Position numbers and translations under genes: made by a program. Below, piece by piece: positions 9,619-18,357 of a DNA stretch of 64,000 nucleotides. The notes under the pieces were generated by a model. That model did no database searches. It saw nothing but the letters and a program-made list of their open reading frames with translations, and was not told where the DNA came from. Positions within the stretch are counted from its first letter, which is position 1. The number at the start of each line of letters is the position of its first letter. Source of the DNA: a virus. The stretch lies in the IMG/VR virus record IMGVR_UViG_3300024346_000041, positions 11,405 to 75,404 of that record. One strand, 5' to 3'.

Positions 9619-9904
9619 ACAAGAGGAGACTTACATGGAAGACCCATACAAGGATGAAATAGTAGCGAAAGCTGCTTCAAACAGCTTAAAAGTTCTAGAT
9701 ATGATAATGGAAATCATAAGAAAGGATAGAAAAGCAATAGAGTGCCCAGACTATCAAAGCTTTCTTAGAATGATTCATGATCCAAAATACGCACATATCA
9801 AGGAAGTATTAGATAAAACAAAAGCTGAAATAATTAAAAATGATTTAGATAGAAAAGAGCTAAAGAAAGAAATACTAAAGCAGAGAAACGACCTTAAACG
9901 ATAA
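9554..9904 (+). CDS. hypothetical protein (likely start MEDPY at 9635)
   Basis: GAGGAG RBS before 9635. Confidence 0.55.
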   Translation: MLKVKATWLLGSTEVSLIGSCKQEETYMEDPYKDEIVAKAASNSLKVLDMIMEIIRKDRKAIECPDYQSFLRMIHDPKYAHIKEVLDKTKAEIIKNDLDRKELKKEILKQRNDLKR

Positions 9905-9938
9905 ACTACCAGTTTTAACACCAACCAAAGGAGATACA

Positions 9939-10601
9939 ATGAACGAGCCACAGTACGTAGTAGTAGAATATTATGAATCTGATAGAGGAGGTAAGCCTGG
10001 TGATAAAGGAAATAAGCTAGCTATTCATAGATTAGAAAATGGAGAAGTTGCAGCCGCTGAAGACGGCGCTCCTGAATCACAAGAAGAAGCTTTGAGAATG
10101 CTACAGGCCTTTCACAGGCCAATATACAAATCGATAGACGTTGCTAATGACGAGTGCGACAACGTTCTAGAGTATGCAGGCGATGGAGACGTCTCCACTG
10201 ACGAAGCTTTTAAAGAAGCTAAGTACGAAGTGGAAACCACTATACCCAACATGCTTATAGGTAACATACTAAAAAGCATTCCAACTGGAACTTATCACAA
10301 GCTAGTCCTAGTGGAGTCTTCTAAGCTAAAGTGGTTTATGAAAATTGTTAGCTTCAGAAACTGCGGGGCAAAGGTAAGTGACGAGCTCAAAAGACTTGGA
10401 ATGAAAGTTCCTGACCCTAAGTACTGGGTAGAGTGCTTTATATACAAAACCAAAGAAAAAGAAGAAGGCTTGGACTATGTAGGTAGCTGCTTAGTTGGCA
10501 AAGAGCTAACAGAACTGCATCTTAGTAAATACGCAGCTACAGGAGACGAGCTGTTTAATGACGAGCTATGGGAGGATAACCGTGCCAAAAGTAAAAACTA
10601 A
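9939..10601 (+). CDS. hypothetical protein
   Basis: AAGGAG RBS; contains a palindrome copy at 10184. Confidence 0.7.
   Translation: MNEPQYVVVEYYESDRGGKPGDKGNKLAIHRLENGEVAAAEDGAPESQEEALRMLQAFHRPIYKSIDVANDECDNVLEYAGDGDVSTDEAFKEAKYEVETTIPNMLIGNILKSIPTGTYHKLVLVESSKLKWFMKIVSFRNCGAKVSDELKRLGMKVPDPKYWVECFIYKTKEKEEGLDYVGSCLVGKELTELHLSKYAATGDELFNDELWEDNRAKSKN
10184..10197. repeat. dispersed palindrome core TGGAGACGTCTCCA
   Basis: Inside a CDS, read as GDVST. Confidence 0.95.
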
Positions 10602-10665
10602 ACGTAGACCTAAAGTAAAGGTAAAACCATTAACTAGAATCAGGCGGCCCTCAAAGGCCGCCTGA
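10582..10665 (+). CDS. 27-aa highly basic peptide (not in track)
   Basis: GGAGG-N6-GTG; MPKVKTKRRPKVKVKPLTRIRRPSKAA. Confidence 0.4.
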   Translation: MPKVKTKRRPKVKVKPLTRIRRPSKAA

Positions 10666-10684
10666 CTCATTGGAGGGTATTGTT

Positions 10685-11188
10685 ATGTTGACTAGACTGA
10701 TACTAGCTAGCGTAGTTGTATTGTTTGTATCTGCAAAACCAAGCAGTGCAGGCTGAGGCAGCTCAGCATCATCAGCCAGTTGGGCTGATAAAAAGTTGAC
10801 GGTGGTTGACATAAGATACATGCAGATGCAGGTAGCATCTATAGATAAGTCTAATTCTAAGCCTATGGTAGAGCTAGCTATGAAGTCTGCTGACTTTAGA
10901 GTTAAGTCAGCTGGCTGCATACTTGCTAGAAAGTTTAAAGATGAATACCTAGAAGAGCTAATAGAGGCAGTAGCTGATGATAGCGAACTAGTTAGACAGG
11001 CAAGCAGGGAAAGCTTGATAGTCTTGGCTGTATTATTAAACAATAATAAAAAGTCAGGGTCAGTAGATTTTGGCCCAATCCCTGGTGATAAAACAATGGC
11101 TGGAGCTTGTGCCAGCCAGACCATGTGGAAAGCATGGTTTGCACAAAATAAAGATAAGTTAAACAAACAAAAATCAAAGGAGCAATAA
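10685..11188 (+). CDS. secreted HEAT-repeat protein with an in-frame TGA at codon 24 (candidate selenoprotein, or nonsense allele)
   Basis: GGAGG RBS, ATG 10685, signal peptide MLTRLILASVVVLFVSAKPSSAG, TGA 10754-10756, in frame with track ORF 10796..11188 (LIEAVADDSELVRQASRESL...DFGP...WKAWF). Confidence 0.6.
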
Positions 11189-11404
11189 ATGAGCAATATG
11201 AATGGAGACGTCCTATACAAGCAAACTCAACTGTCGAACAATCCGACAGTTGAGTACCCCTCGAAAGTCGAGCTTACAAAAAATACCAAAGGGTACACGT
11301 GGACTATCTGCCTCAGAGGCAACGATGGTAACGAGCAATCAATGATAAACCGTATGGAAGAACTTAATAAAGAAATGTTGGCTAAATTTAAAGGAGAGCA
11401 GTAA
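11189..11404 (+). CDS. hypothetical protein
   Basis: AAGGAG RBS; SKVELTKNTKGYTWTI. Confidence 0.65.
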   Translation: MSNMNGDVLYKQTQLSNNPTVEYPSKVELTKNTKGYTWTICLRGNDGNEQSMINRMEELNKEMLAKFKGEQ

Positions 11405-11406
11405 CA

Positions 11407-13620
11407 ATGAAAACCAGAGAACATCTAGTCCAACACTTAGATAAGAAAACAGCTAGAAAATACGGTAAGCTACCTAATCCTGATTATCATTTTGAAGCAA
11501 TAACTAAAGTTGACAAAGGCGCTTTAGAGCTTTTGAATAAGCTAGTGCACCTAAAGCCAGAAGAAGTTACAGACGATAACTCAAGATATTTAAGTTTGAG
11601 CTTTGGATCATACTTTAAAATAAATGAAGATGATGCTAGAGAAATAGTTAGCATGCCGTTTCCTGTCTACTTAACAGTGCGAAGTTGTACAAAAGAAGCT
11701 GCATTTATTATTATGGAAGCTAAAAGAGCAGCGGCAGCGCTGGCTCCTATTGATAGATCATACACTCTAAGCCTTCCACAAGAACGTATGCAAGAGCTTA
11801 TCTTAGACGCTGTAAACTCAGGTCTTGAGAAAGACCTAGTTCCTTTTCTATACGATGAAGCTAGAGACACTCCTGTGTCTTCAAACTATTCGTCATTTAG
11901 TGTGCCAGACTTAGAGTTTAAAGACGCAAATCTACTTGCAGCTTTAATAAGAATACAATATCCAAAACTAATAACGTCTACAATATTAGATTTAAAAGGA
12001 AATCATGACGATATTCAAGCAGATATTGATGACTACGACTTTAATACAATACTTACAAACCTTACAAAGGTAACTCCTGAAATATTAGCAGAAGCTATGT
12101 TTATAATTATTAAACAGTATAGAAGGCTAAACCCTTCTCCAACTCCTAAGATGCTGCCAGTTAGCACTACGTCGTTGACCATACATAATAATTTATCAAA
12201 CATACCTCAGGCTCTTTATGATAAAGGAGCAAGTAGACTAGTAAGAACTAAACATGTGGCTGAACGTATAAAGAAAGTTATATCTTTTATGAAGCACATG
12301 AATAAAATCATGGAAGATAAAGACAATGCTATGCCTGGATCGTATCACAACACATCTCCAAACTTTGATACGGTTCTTGCTGTAGAGCAAGGCAGTGTGC
12401 CTTACTCAGAAGACACTATTAACGAGATTATAAGCGTAAGCAAAAGCGGTATACGTATAAAAGGCGCGTCAAGAGCTTGCCAAAATAATGATACTATGTT
12501 CAGCCCTGACGTAATATCACCAAGCACTATAAACTTAAGAAACCTAGACGTAATAAGAAAATACAGTGCAGAAACATCTGTACCTGTTTTTATGGAATCT
12601 GTAGATACATCAGGAGTGGCAGATGCAGGCTTAAGCGAAGGCTTAAAAGGATTTGTAACTACCACACTTATTGCTCCTATTCTTAAAGTACAGCCTAACT
12701 CCTACATGACGTACAAAGATTACCAGTACGCTGACAGACATAGACAGACTGATAAGTTTAGAGAGCATTACTTTAAAATATCAGAAGCTAGTGGCAGGCG
12801 GTTTATGATTAAGCTAGCGCAAGGTATTCCTGTTAAATACGAAGATATCAATCCTATACTTGAAGCTGTAGAAGATATTGAGAACTTAGTACCAGGTAAT
12901 ATTTCTGATATACCTGAAAGAGCTAAGCTCGATGATGCTAATAGCTTAGATCTAGTTTGTGGATTCTTTAGAAAGCACACCGCTATGTCTGAAGATGCAA
13001 TTTACAACTTAGCTAAGGTAATACTGCTTCCTTGTAATCCTATTGGGTCTACGTTAACTTACGACACATACACAAGATATAGGCTGTCTAAGTACATTAT
13101 AGAGGCTACTGCAGGTGCGCTTGTTAATATAGTTATTCCAGCAACCTGCCCAATATCTAAGTCTTTGGTAAAAAGAATAAAGTACTTTAATGACAGGCCA
13201 GCTTGTTCTTTTTCACCAACAATAAGACATAGGTTTACTTTTAAGGGAAGCTGCCTATCGTACAGCCATCTAAACCCATATGACAAACAGTATGGAGACA
13301 GTAACAATAATAAGGCTATAGCAGCAGCTGAAGCTAAAAATCATAAGTATCTTTATGAACAAAATGGAGACATAACAGTTCCTTTTGTAGGATATGACGT
13401 AAACGGAGTTCCAATTGTTAAAACTAAAGAATACTTAGATTTGTTTAGATCTACTGAAAATGGAAACTCAGTAGATATAAGCATATATGGTCACAACCTT
13501 ATAAAGTACGGAACAAGCTTTGGTGACGGGCTGTATCTAAGTATTATCAACTCAGATGAGACTTTAAAAGCATCTAAGGCGTTAGGAAAATCTCCAGTTC
13601 CTGCCGTTGCATCGGTTTAG
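11407..13620 (+). CDS. large hypothetical protein (737 aa)
   Basis: Long ORF with RBS; no motif recognised. Confidence 0.75.
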   Translation: MKTREHLVQHLDKKTARKYGKLPNPDYHFEAITKVDKGALELLNKLVHLKPEEVTDDNSRYLSLSFGSYFKINEDDAREIVSMPFPVYLTVRSCTKEAAFIIMEAKRAAAALAPIDRSYTLSLPQERMQELILDAVNSGLEKDLVPFLYDEARDTPVSSNYSSFSVPDLEFKDANLLAALIRIQYPKLITSTILDLKGNHDDIQADIDDYDFNTILTNLTKVTPEILAEAMFIIIKQYRRLNPSPTPKMLPVSTTSLTIHNNLSNIPQALYDKGASRLVRTKHVAERIKKVISFMKHMNKIMEDKDNAMPGSYHNTSPNFDTVLAVEQGSVPYSEDTINEIISVSKSGIRIKGASRACQNNDTMFSPDVISPSTINLRNLDVIRKYSAETSVPVFMESVDTSGVADAGLSEGLKGFVTTTLIAPILKVQPNSYMTYKDYQYADRHRQTDKFREHYFKISEASGRRFMIKLAQGIPVKYEDINPILEAVEDIENLVPGNISDIPERAKLDDANSLDLVCGFFRKHTAMSEDAIYNLAKVILLPCNPIGSTLTYDTYTRYRLSKYIIEATAGALVNIVIPATCPISKSLVKRIKYFNDRPACSFSPTIRHRFTFKGSCLSYSHLNPYDKQYGDSNNNKAIAAAEAKNHKYLYEQNGDITVPFVGYDVNGVPIVKTKEYLDLFRSTENGNSVDISIYGHNLIKYGTSFGDGLYLSIINSDETLKASKALGKSPVPAVASV

Positions 13621-13628
13621 TAAATACA

Positions 13629-13656
13629 CACGGGCACCCTTTAACAGGCGCCCGTG
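13629..13656. terminator. hairpin between convergent genes
   Basis: CACGGGCACC...GGCGCCCGTG imperfect inverted repeat. Confidence 0.5.
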
Positions 13657-13675
13657 CATACAACCCAAACCCGAC

Positions 13676-13927
13676 TTAGGAGCACTTAGCTCTTGATCTA
13701 CTAAACAGCTTTCTTGTGTTTTTACCACAAGAGGAAGCTTTACAGGCCGGTGTCGATTCCTTAACAGTGGCTGCTGGTTTAACAGCCTCTACCTTCCTGG
13801 CTTCTACAACTGGGCTACTAGCTACAGAACAAGAGCCACCTGAGCAAGAAGACTGTCTTTTTGCAAAGACTCCGTCTACTGACTCGGAACCTAGAGCGAT
13901 ACTTGCAGCCACTACGAATTGAAACAT
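13676..13927 (-). CDS. small secreted Cys-rich protein
   Basis: AGGAGG RBS, short signal-like N-terminus, SCSGGSC and CKASSC motifs. Confidence 0.7.
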   Translation of the reverse strand: MFQFVVAASIALGSESVDGVFAKRQSSCSGGSCSVASSPVVEARKVEAVKPAATVKESTPACKASSCGKNTRKLFSRSRAKCS

Positions 13928-13972
13928 ACTAACCTCCTGTTAAATCTAACCGGCCCTGTTGCCGGAGATGAA

Positions 13973-14000
13973 AGTTTACAAATGTTAATAGGTTTGTCAA
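13973..14000 (-). promoter_or_regulatory. sigma70-like promoter
   Basis: TTGACA-N16-TAAACT on the minus strand, upstream of 13927. Confidence 0.6.
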
Positions 14001-14105
14001 ATATACAAGAATAAAAATAGCTCATTTAAACTCATAAGTCTTTTAACATAAAGAGTTTAAAATTTAGATAAAATTAAGTTTTAACAACAAAATGAAAGGC
14101 AAGTT

Positions 14106-14351
14106 ATGAAAGACAAAAAAGAAATCGAGCAGTTAAGAGCTGAATACATTGAAGCAAAAATGGCAACAATGATAGACGATTGCGAAGGAGCCTCAGCTAA
14201 TTCAGAAATGGCGTTTTATGCTGAAAAAGGATTAGAGATCGAATGCAATGGTCTTACCTTTGTAGAGCTAGAGGCACTTATGATTGAGCTCGCCGAGTTA
14301 AACGGTGAAGACGAGGACGATGAAGAAGACGAAGACGAAGAGTATGAATAA
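14106..14351 (+). CDS. small acidic protein
   Basis: Poly-D/E tail. Confidence 0.65.
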   Translation: MKDKKEIEQLRAEYIEAKMATMIDDCEGASANSEMAFYAEKGLEIECNGLTFVELEALMIELAELNGEDEDDEEDEDEEYE

Positions 14352-14386
14352 CTAAACTTAGTTTAAAAGTGTAACTGTATAAATAC

Positions 14387-14448
14387 TTTGTACAGTAGTT
14401 TGTACACGTTCCACTTAATTCACTATATTCTAAAGAATATAGTATTAT
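14387..14448 (+). repeat. 62-bp perfect inverted repeat, left copy
   Basis: TTTGTACAGTAGTTTGTACACGTTCCACTTAATTCACTATATTCTAAAGAATATAGTATTAT; exact reverse complement at 14849..14910. Confidence 0.95.
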
Positions 14449-14468
14449 ACTTTTTAAAGGACTAAACC

Positions 14469-14852
14469 ATGGCTTGTGTAAGATGTGTAGTTTTAAAAAA
14501 TCATAAGGATAGGAGTGAAGCTGTAAGGTCACAACATTCAAAAATACCTCACTTTGTAAAAATGTCGTGTTCAAAGTTTCAAGTAGCTTTAGGTAAGCAC
14601 CATGAATACGCAATAGATAGGGCTAAAGCACAGTTAACTGAAAAAGGTCTTAATCCTGATGATTTTGACTTTTTAAGTTTTGATTACGTAGAAGGCTACT
14701 TTATGAGAGATATGTTTGAGAGCAGTAACTTTGTAAAAATATGGAGAAATGCTGAATTGTTTAATATTAAACCTTTGGGACCATTTTCACCTTGGTTTTC
14801 CGATGGAGAAGAAGCTGACCAGTTTCCAAATGAATTAGAGTTAAATACATAA
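14469..14852 (+). CDS. hypothetical protein enclosed by the 62-bp inverted repeats
   Basis: AAGGA RBS; stop codon lies inside the right repeat. Confidence 0.65.
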   Translation: MACVRCVVLKNHKDRSEAVRSQHSKIPHFVKMSCSKFQVALGKHHEYAIDRAKAQLTEKGLNPDDFDFLSFDYVEGYFMRDMFESSNFVKIWRNAELFNIKPLGPFSPWFSDGEEADQFPNELELNT

Positions 14853-14910
14853 TACTATATTCTTTAGAATATAGTGAATTAAGTGGAACGTGTACAAACT
14901 ACTGTACAAA
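14849..14910 (-). repeat. 62-bp perfect inverted repeat, right copy
   Basis: Reverse complement of 14387..14448. Confidence 0.95.
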
Positions 14911-14935
14911 ACAAAACCTCATTAAGGATTTTAAC

Positions 14936-15520
14936 ATGATAAAAGACCTAAGACTGAACTTGGACATGGATCAACTCACCGAACTTTTAAACAGTATTGG
15001 TGATAAGGTTAACTTAAACATAGTACTTAGCCCTAGTAACAAAGCTAGGTTTAAATTAGGTAAGGTGGTTAGTCCAAATGAATTTAGAGATGACTTTAGC
15101 GATAACTTTGAAGAGCTAAACTTGCTAGATGTACAACGCGACGGGTGTAGTTTGAGCCTTCCAGCTGTTAAAGAGCCTAAGCTTAACAAACCTAAAAAGC
15201 GTAGGTTTGGAAAACACACTCGTATTACTAGGAAGCATTTAGAACTAAGGGACTCAATGAATATTGCGCATTATAGTGGAAGGCTTTCAGCTCCTAGCAT
15301 GAGAGCTATATTAATTAAAGACTGCGATTTGTTTGATAAAAAGACAAAGAACTTTCTTACTGGGCTAGGTTACATAACTCTTGCTGACGTCACAAAGTCT
15401 ACTGAGGCTTTGATTCTAGGGGCCTGCAGTAGTCTCAAATTCAGCGATTACGTCACTAAGACGGGTCTTGGCAGGGTTATTGAATGTTTAGAGAAAATAG
15501 GTGTGTTTTTGAGAAAGTAG
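14936..15520 (+). CDS. protein with C-terminal RNAP alpha-CTD-like domain
   Basis: LFDKKTKNFLTGLGYITLADVTKSTEALIL...GLGRVIECLEKIGVFL resembles the alpha-CTD helix pattern. Confidence 0.5.
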   Translation: MIKDLRLNLDMDQLTELLNSIGDKVNLNIVLSPSNKARFKLGKVVSPNEFRDDFSDNFEELNLLDVQRDGCSLSLPAVKEPKLNKPKKRRFGKHTRITRKHLELRDSMNIAHYSGRLSAPSMRAILIKDCDLFDKKTKNFLTGLGYITLADVTKSTEALILGACSSLKFSDYVTKTGLGRVIECLEKIGVFLRK

Positions 15521-15867
15521 TAGTTTTACTTTTAAAGGAGAAAGCCATGGATGGACTAGCTACCTGTATTGCAACCGGATTAGTTGGATTTTCTAATGAT
15601 AAGGATCCGGTTGACTTTGTTAAGGACCATATTTTACGTAAAACTATACTTACAAATATTGACTTAGTGTTCAAAGATACAGCTAATGAAATAGTTTTAT
15701 CAGCAACCGCTGATAACGGTAAGTTCTTTAGTTGTTGCATACAAACTCCTAAAGCTCCTGAACAGGAAGAGCTTCTCACAGGCTACATGTCTGAATTAAG
15801 AAAGCAGTTCTGGGAAGCTATGCAAGAATGTGAGAACTTCGTAGCTGGTGAGAGCTTGCAGTGGTAA
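15484..15867 (+). CDS. hypothetical protein (likely start 15547)
   Basis: AAGGAG RBS before MDGLA. Confidence 0.6.
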   Translation: MFRENRCVFEKVVVLLLKEKAMDGLATCIATGLVGFSNDKDPVDFVKDHILRKTILTNIDLVFKDTANEIVLSATADNGKFFSCCIQTPKAPEQEELLTGYMSELRKQFWEAMQECENFVAGESLQW

Positions 15868-16175
15868 AATTTAGGCTGACAAACTCTTACTTGGAGGTAA
15901 GTAGAATGGCTATTGATCTAAATAAAGAAGACGAGCAGTTGGAGACGTCTCCAAAGCTTAGGAAAGAAGGTAAGGTTCAAATAGACAAGGTTATTATTAA
16001 TAACCTTTCTAAACTTGTTACCTACCCTGCTGGGTATATAAAGTCTGAAGCTATAAACGTTTATAGCGACAGGTGGCGGGTTAACATATGGACACTTGGC
16101 GATAACAACGCCAGAGTTGAAGGTTCTTGGTTTGTAGTAGCTGATCCTAAGGGCGCTGTAGTTTCTTTTAACTAG
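15861..16175 (+). CDS. hypothetical protein (likely start MAIDL at 15906)
   Basis: GGAGG RBS; AINVYSDRWRVNIW; contains a palindrome copy at 15939. Confidence 0.6.
   Translation: MVKFRLTNSYLEVSRMAIDLNKEDEQLETSPKLRKEGKVQIDKVIINNLSKLVTYPAGYIKSEAINVYSDRWRVNIWTLGDNNARVEGSWFVVADPKGAVVSFN
15939..15954. repeat. dispersed palindrome TTGGAGACGTCTCCAA
   Basis: Inside a CDS, read as LETSPK. Confidence 0.95.
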
Positions 16176-16272
16176 CGCTTTTAGTAAACGGTTTACTGTC
16201 GTTTACTGCAGAGCTTGTTTAGTACGAGCTCTGCATATGTATTTAATTTAACTACATTTCTAGGATTAATTT

Positions 16273-16995
16273 ATGGCGGTTAGGCGCTCATCTGGTCTAC
16301 GCAAAAAAACTAGCAAACATAACGATTTTGACTACTTTTGGAACAGACACCAAGGAACCGTTGCTTTGTTAGCGGCTACTTTAGTTAAAGATTGCGGTGG
16401 TCATGCAGCAGACTATATGGGCTCTATAGCCCTAACATTTAATACTTTTCTTATAGCTTCAAGAAAAAAAATAAAAAGATATAGTGATCTTAGCTTTAAG
16501 CATTCAGCATTTGCTTTTTGTATTTATTATGTAAAAGCTCATTTTGTAAGATACGACTCTGACCTTATGGCTTCTGAGTGGGTAAACTTTAAAAATGGGT
16601 TAGGAAGCCGTAGTTTAAACTTGTCTAGTTTTAAAGAAAGTAAAGGAAAAAAAGTTAAAGTAACTACGCCTTCTGACTCTGTTATTAAAAATATACGATG
16701 CAGAGAGGCTGAACTTAATTGGGCTTTAGGGTTTATTGAAGAAGCTGGCGGAATAGTTCCTATGTGGGAGCTAGTATCATCTAGGTTAACTGCTAGATAC
16801 AAACTGATAGTTAAATACAGATACATTCTTGAGATGACTTTTCAAGATATAGGAGACATCGTAGGCATATGCAGAGAACGCGTTCGTCAAGTAATTATGA
16901 AGGCTTTAATTATTATTCGTAATACTTTAAGAAGTATTAATAATAAAGAATACCTTCATTTATTTCGAAAAGACAACGTAGGTTTTGAGTACTAA
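16273..16995 (+). CDS. sigma-70-like factor (region 4 HTH)
   Basis: LTARYKLIVKYRY...MTFQDIGDIVGICRERVRQVIMKAL. Confidence 0.75.
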   Translation: MAVRRSSGLRKKTSKHNDFDYFWNRHQGTVALLAATLVKDCGGHAADYMGSIALTFNTFLIASRKKIKRYSDLSFKHSAFAFCIYYVKAHFVRYDSDLMASEWVNFKNGLGSRSLNLSSFKESKGKKVKVTTPSDSVIKNIRCREAELNWALGFIEEAGGIVPMWELVSSRLTARYKLIVKYRYILEMTFQDIGDIVGICRERVRQVIMKALIIIRNTLRSINNKEYLHLFRKDNVGFEY

Positions 16996-17004
16996 CAAAT
17001 CTTA

Positions 17005-17523
17005 TTGAGGTTTATTATGAGTGATTCAATTAGCATGCTTTTTGAAAAGATTCCTATGATCAAGAAGATGATAAAGGCAGTAATGGAAGCTAATGGCGAG
17101 CATCCTCCAGTATTTTTTACATCAGACGGTAAGAAGAAGATTGAAGCTAAGCCTGTGTTTTTTGCTAACGACCGTGATAAGGACGAAGTAATGGCTTCAA
17201 TGAAAGTTAAAATACAAGACGGTTCTGTAAAAGAATATGTGTTTGTTGCTGAGAGCTGGTGCGTAGAGACTGATAAAGAAGAGACTTATAAAGATTACGG
17301 ATCTATATCTAAGCATCCATTAAAGAAAGAGATAATGCTTATGCAGTACTCTTCTCATAAAGAGGAGGTGCTGTACAAAGCGGCCATTATTAGGTCCAAA
17401 GGTGATAAGGTCTCACTAGGAGAATGGGAGACTTTTAGTACTAAATCTATTGATAAATTTGCCTCAAACAACACAGGCAGGTTTAACGATATGTTTGGAA
17501 AAGCCATGTCTGAGTTTAATTAA
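17005..17523 (+). CDS. hypothetical protein
   Basis: ORF with GAGG RBS; YVFVAESW. Confidence 0.65.
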   Translation: MRFIMSDSISMLFEKIPMIKKMIKAVMEANGEHPPVFFTSDGKKKIEAKPVFFANDRDKDEVMASMKVKIQDGSVKEYVFVAESWCVETDKEETYKDYGSISKHPLKKEIMLMQYSSHKEEVLYKAAIIRSKGDKVSLGEWETFSTKSIDKFASNNTGRFNDMFGKAMSEFN

Positions 17524-18337
17524 AAAGAGAAGGCAGACAATGGCAGCTAGCCTCATATCTAGGTTTTATAAAAGCTGTTTTTACTTAGAGTTATTTGCAA
17601 CTGCAGCGCAGCACGGCATCAAAAGCCGTGCTGGCGTTATGTCAAAATTGCTGTACTTGAGAAGTAAAAAAACTAAAGCTTTTTTTAAGGTTTTTGAAAG
17701 ACTACAAGATCTTAAGAAGCGTTATCCGTTTCTATGCCTTTCTTTGAGAAAGTGTACACTTCCTTCTTACCTTAGGTTTTCTAAAGACAAAGATAAGAAG
17801 ACAGCTTACAGATGCAGTAAGATAAGGTATTGCCCATACTGCTGGAACAGGTCTATATGCAGGGCTTACAGGCGTATGACTAATAACCTATCTAAGGGCA
17901 GCGATAAGTATAAAGACTATGGCTTTTTTTACAGTGAAAAAGTTTCTTACATACCTGTAGGATCTAGCAGCAAGGTTATATCTGACAAAGGTTTAAGTAT
18001 GTTTTCTCCAAGATGGAAAATGCGCGCTGCTACTCTTGCCGCTCACAAGGTCGCTGGAATAGCCGAAATGCTTATAGTTCACTCTCACTTATTAAACGGA
18101 GATAGGGTTTACAAGCTTACGCTTAAGCAGGTAGCTTACTGCCACAAAGATTCTAAAACAGCTAAGTCGTCTTTGCATGCGTCTAAAAGATTTGGAAAAG
18201 CTGCTATTAATTTTTGTTGCTTTCCTGTATCGATGCTTTACGATGGCCCGCTAAGGTCTCTTAAGATAGATGAGTCTTTTAGGCGTAGAAGGTTGATAAG
18301 GCAGTACGGATTGTTTTATTCAGCTGATGAACAATAG
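17450..18337 (+). CDS. basic protein with CxxxxxCPxC motif, possibly a degenerate HUH/Rep-like protein
   Basis: YRCSKIRYCPYCWNR and IVHSHLL; likely start MAASL at 17540. Confidence 0.4.
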   Translation: MINLPQTTQAGLTICLEKPCLSLIKKRRQTMAASLISRFYKSCFYLELFATAAQHGIKSRAGVMSKLLYLRSKKTKAFFKVFERLQDLKKRYPFLCLSLRKCTLPSYLRFSKDKDKKTAYRCSKIRYCPYCWNRSICRAYRRMTNNLSKGSDKYKDYGFFYSEKVSYIPVGSSSKVISDKGLSMFSPRWKMRAATLAAHKVAGIAEMLIVHSHLLNGDRVYKLTLKQVAYCHKDSKTAKSSLHASKRFGKAAINFCCFPVSMLYDGPLRSLKIDESFRRRRLIRQYGLFYSADEQ

Positions 18338-18357
18338 TCTATTTTTATAACCATACG

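Noticed and set aside
10754-10756. Genome-wide TGA recoding
   Set aside because: TGA terminates several well-defined genes (sbcD, 45009..45917, GT2), and long ORFs are intact under the standard code
11203-11212. Half-sites such as TGGAGACGTC (11203) and GTTGAGACGTTTCCAG (60065)
   Set aside because: Too partial to count as palindrome copies without a position-weight-matrix scan
10651-11220. 189-aa minus-strand ORF
   Set aside because: Antisense shadow of the HEAT-repeat gene; no RBS or motif
14387-14910. Autonomous insertion sequence
   Set aside because: The enclosed 127-aa ORF has no transposase motifs and there is no clear target-site duplication
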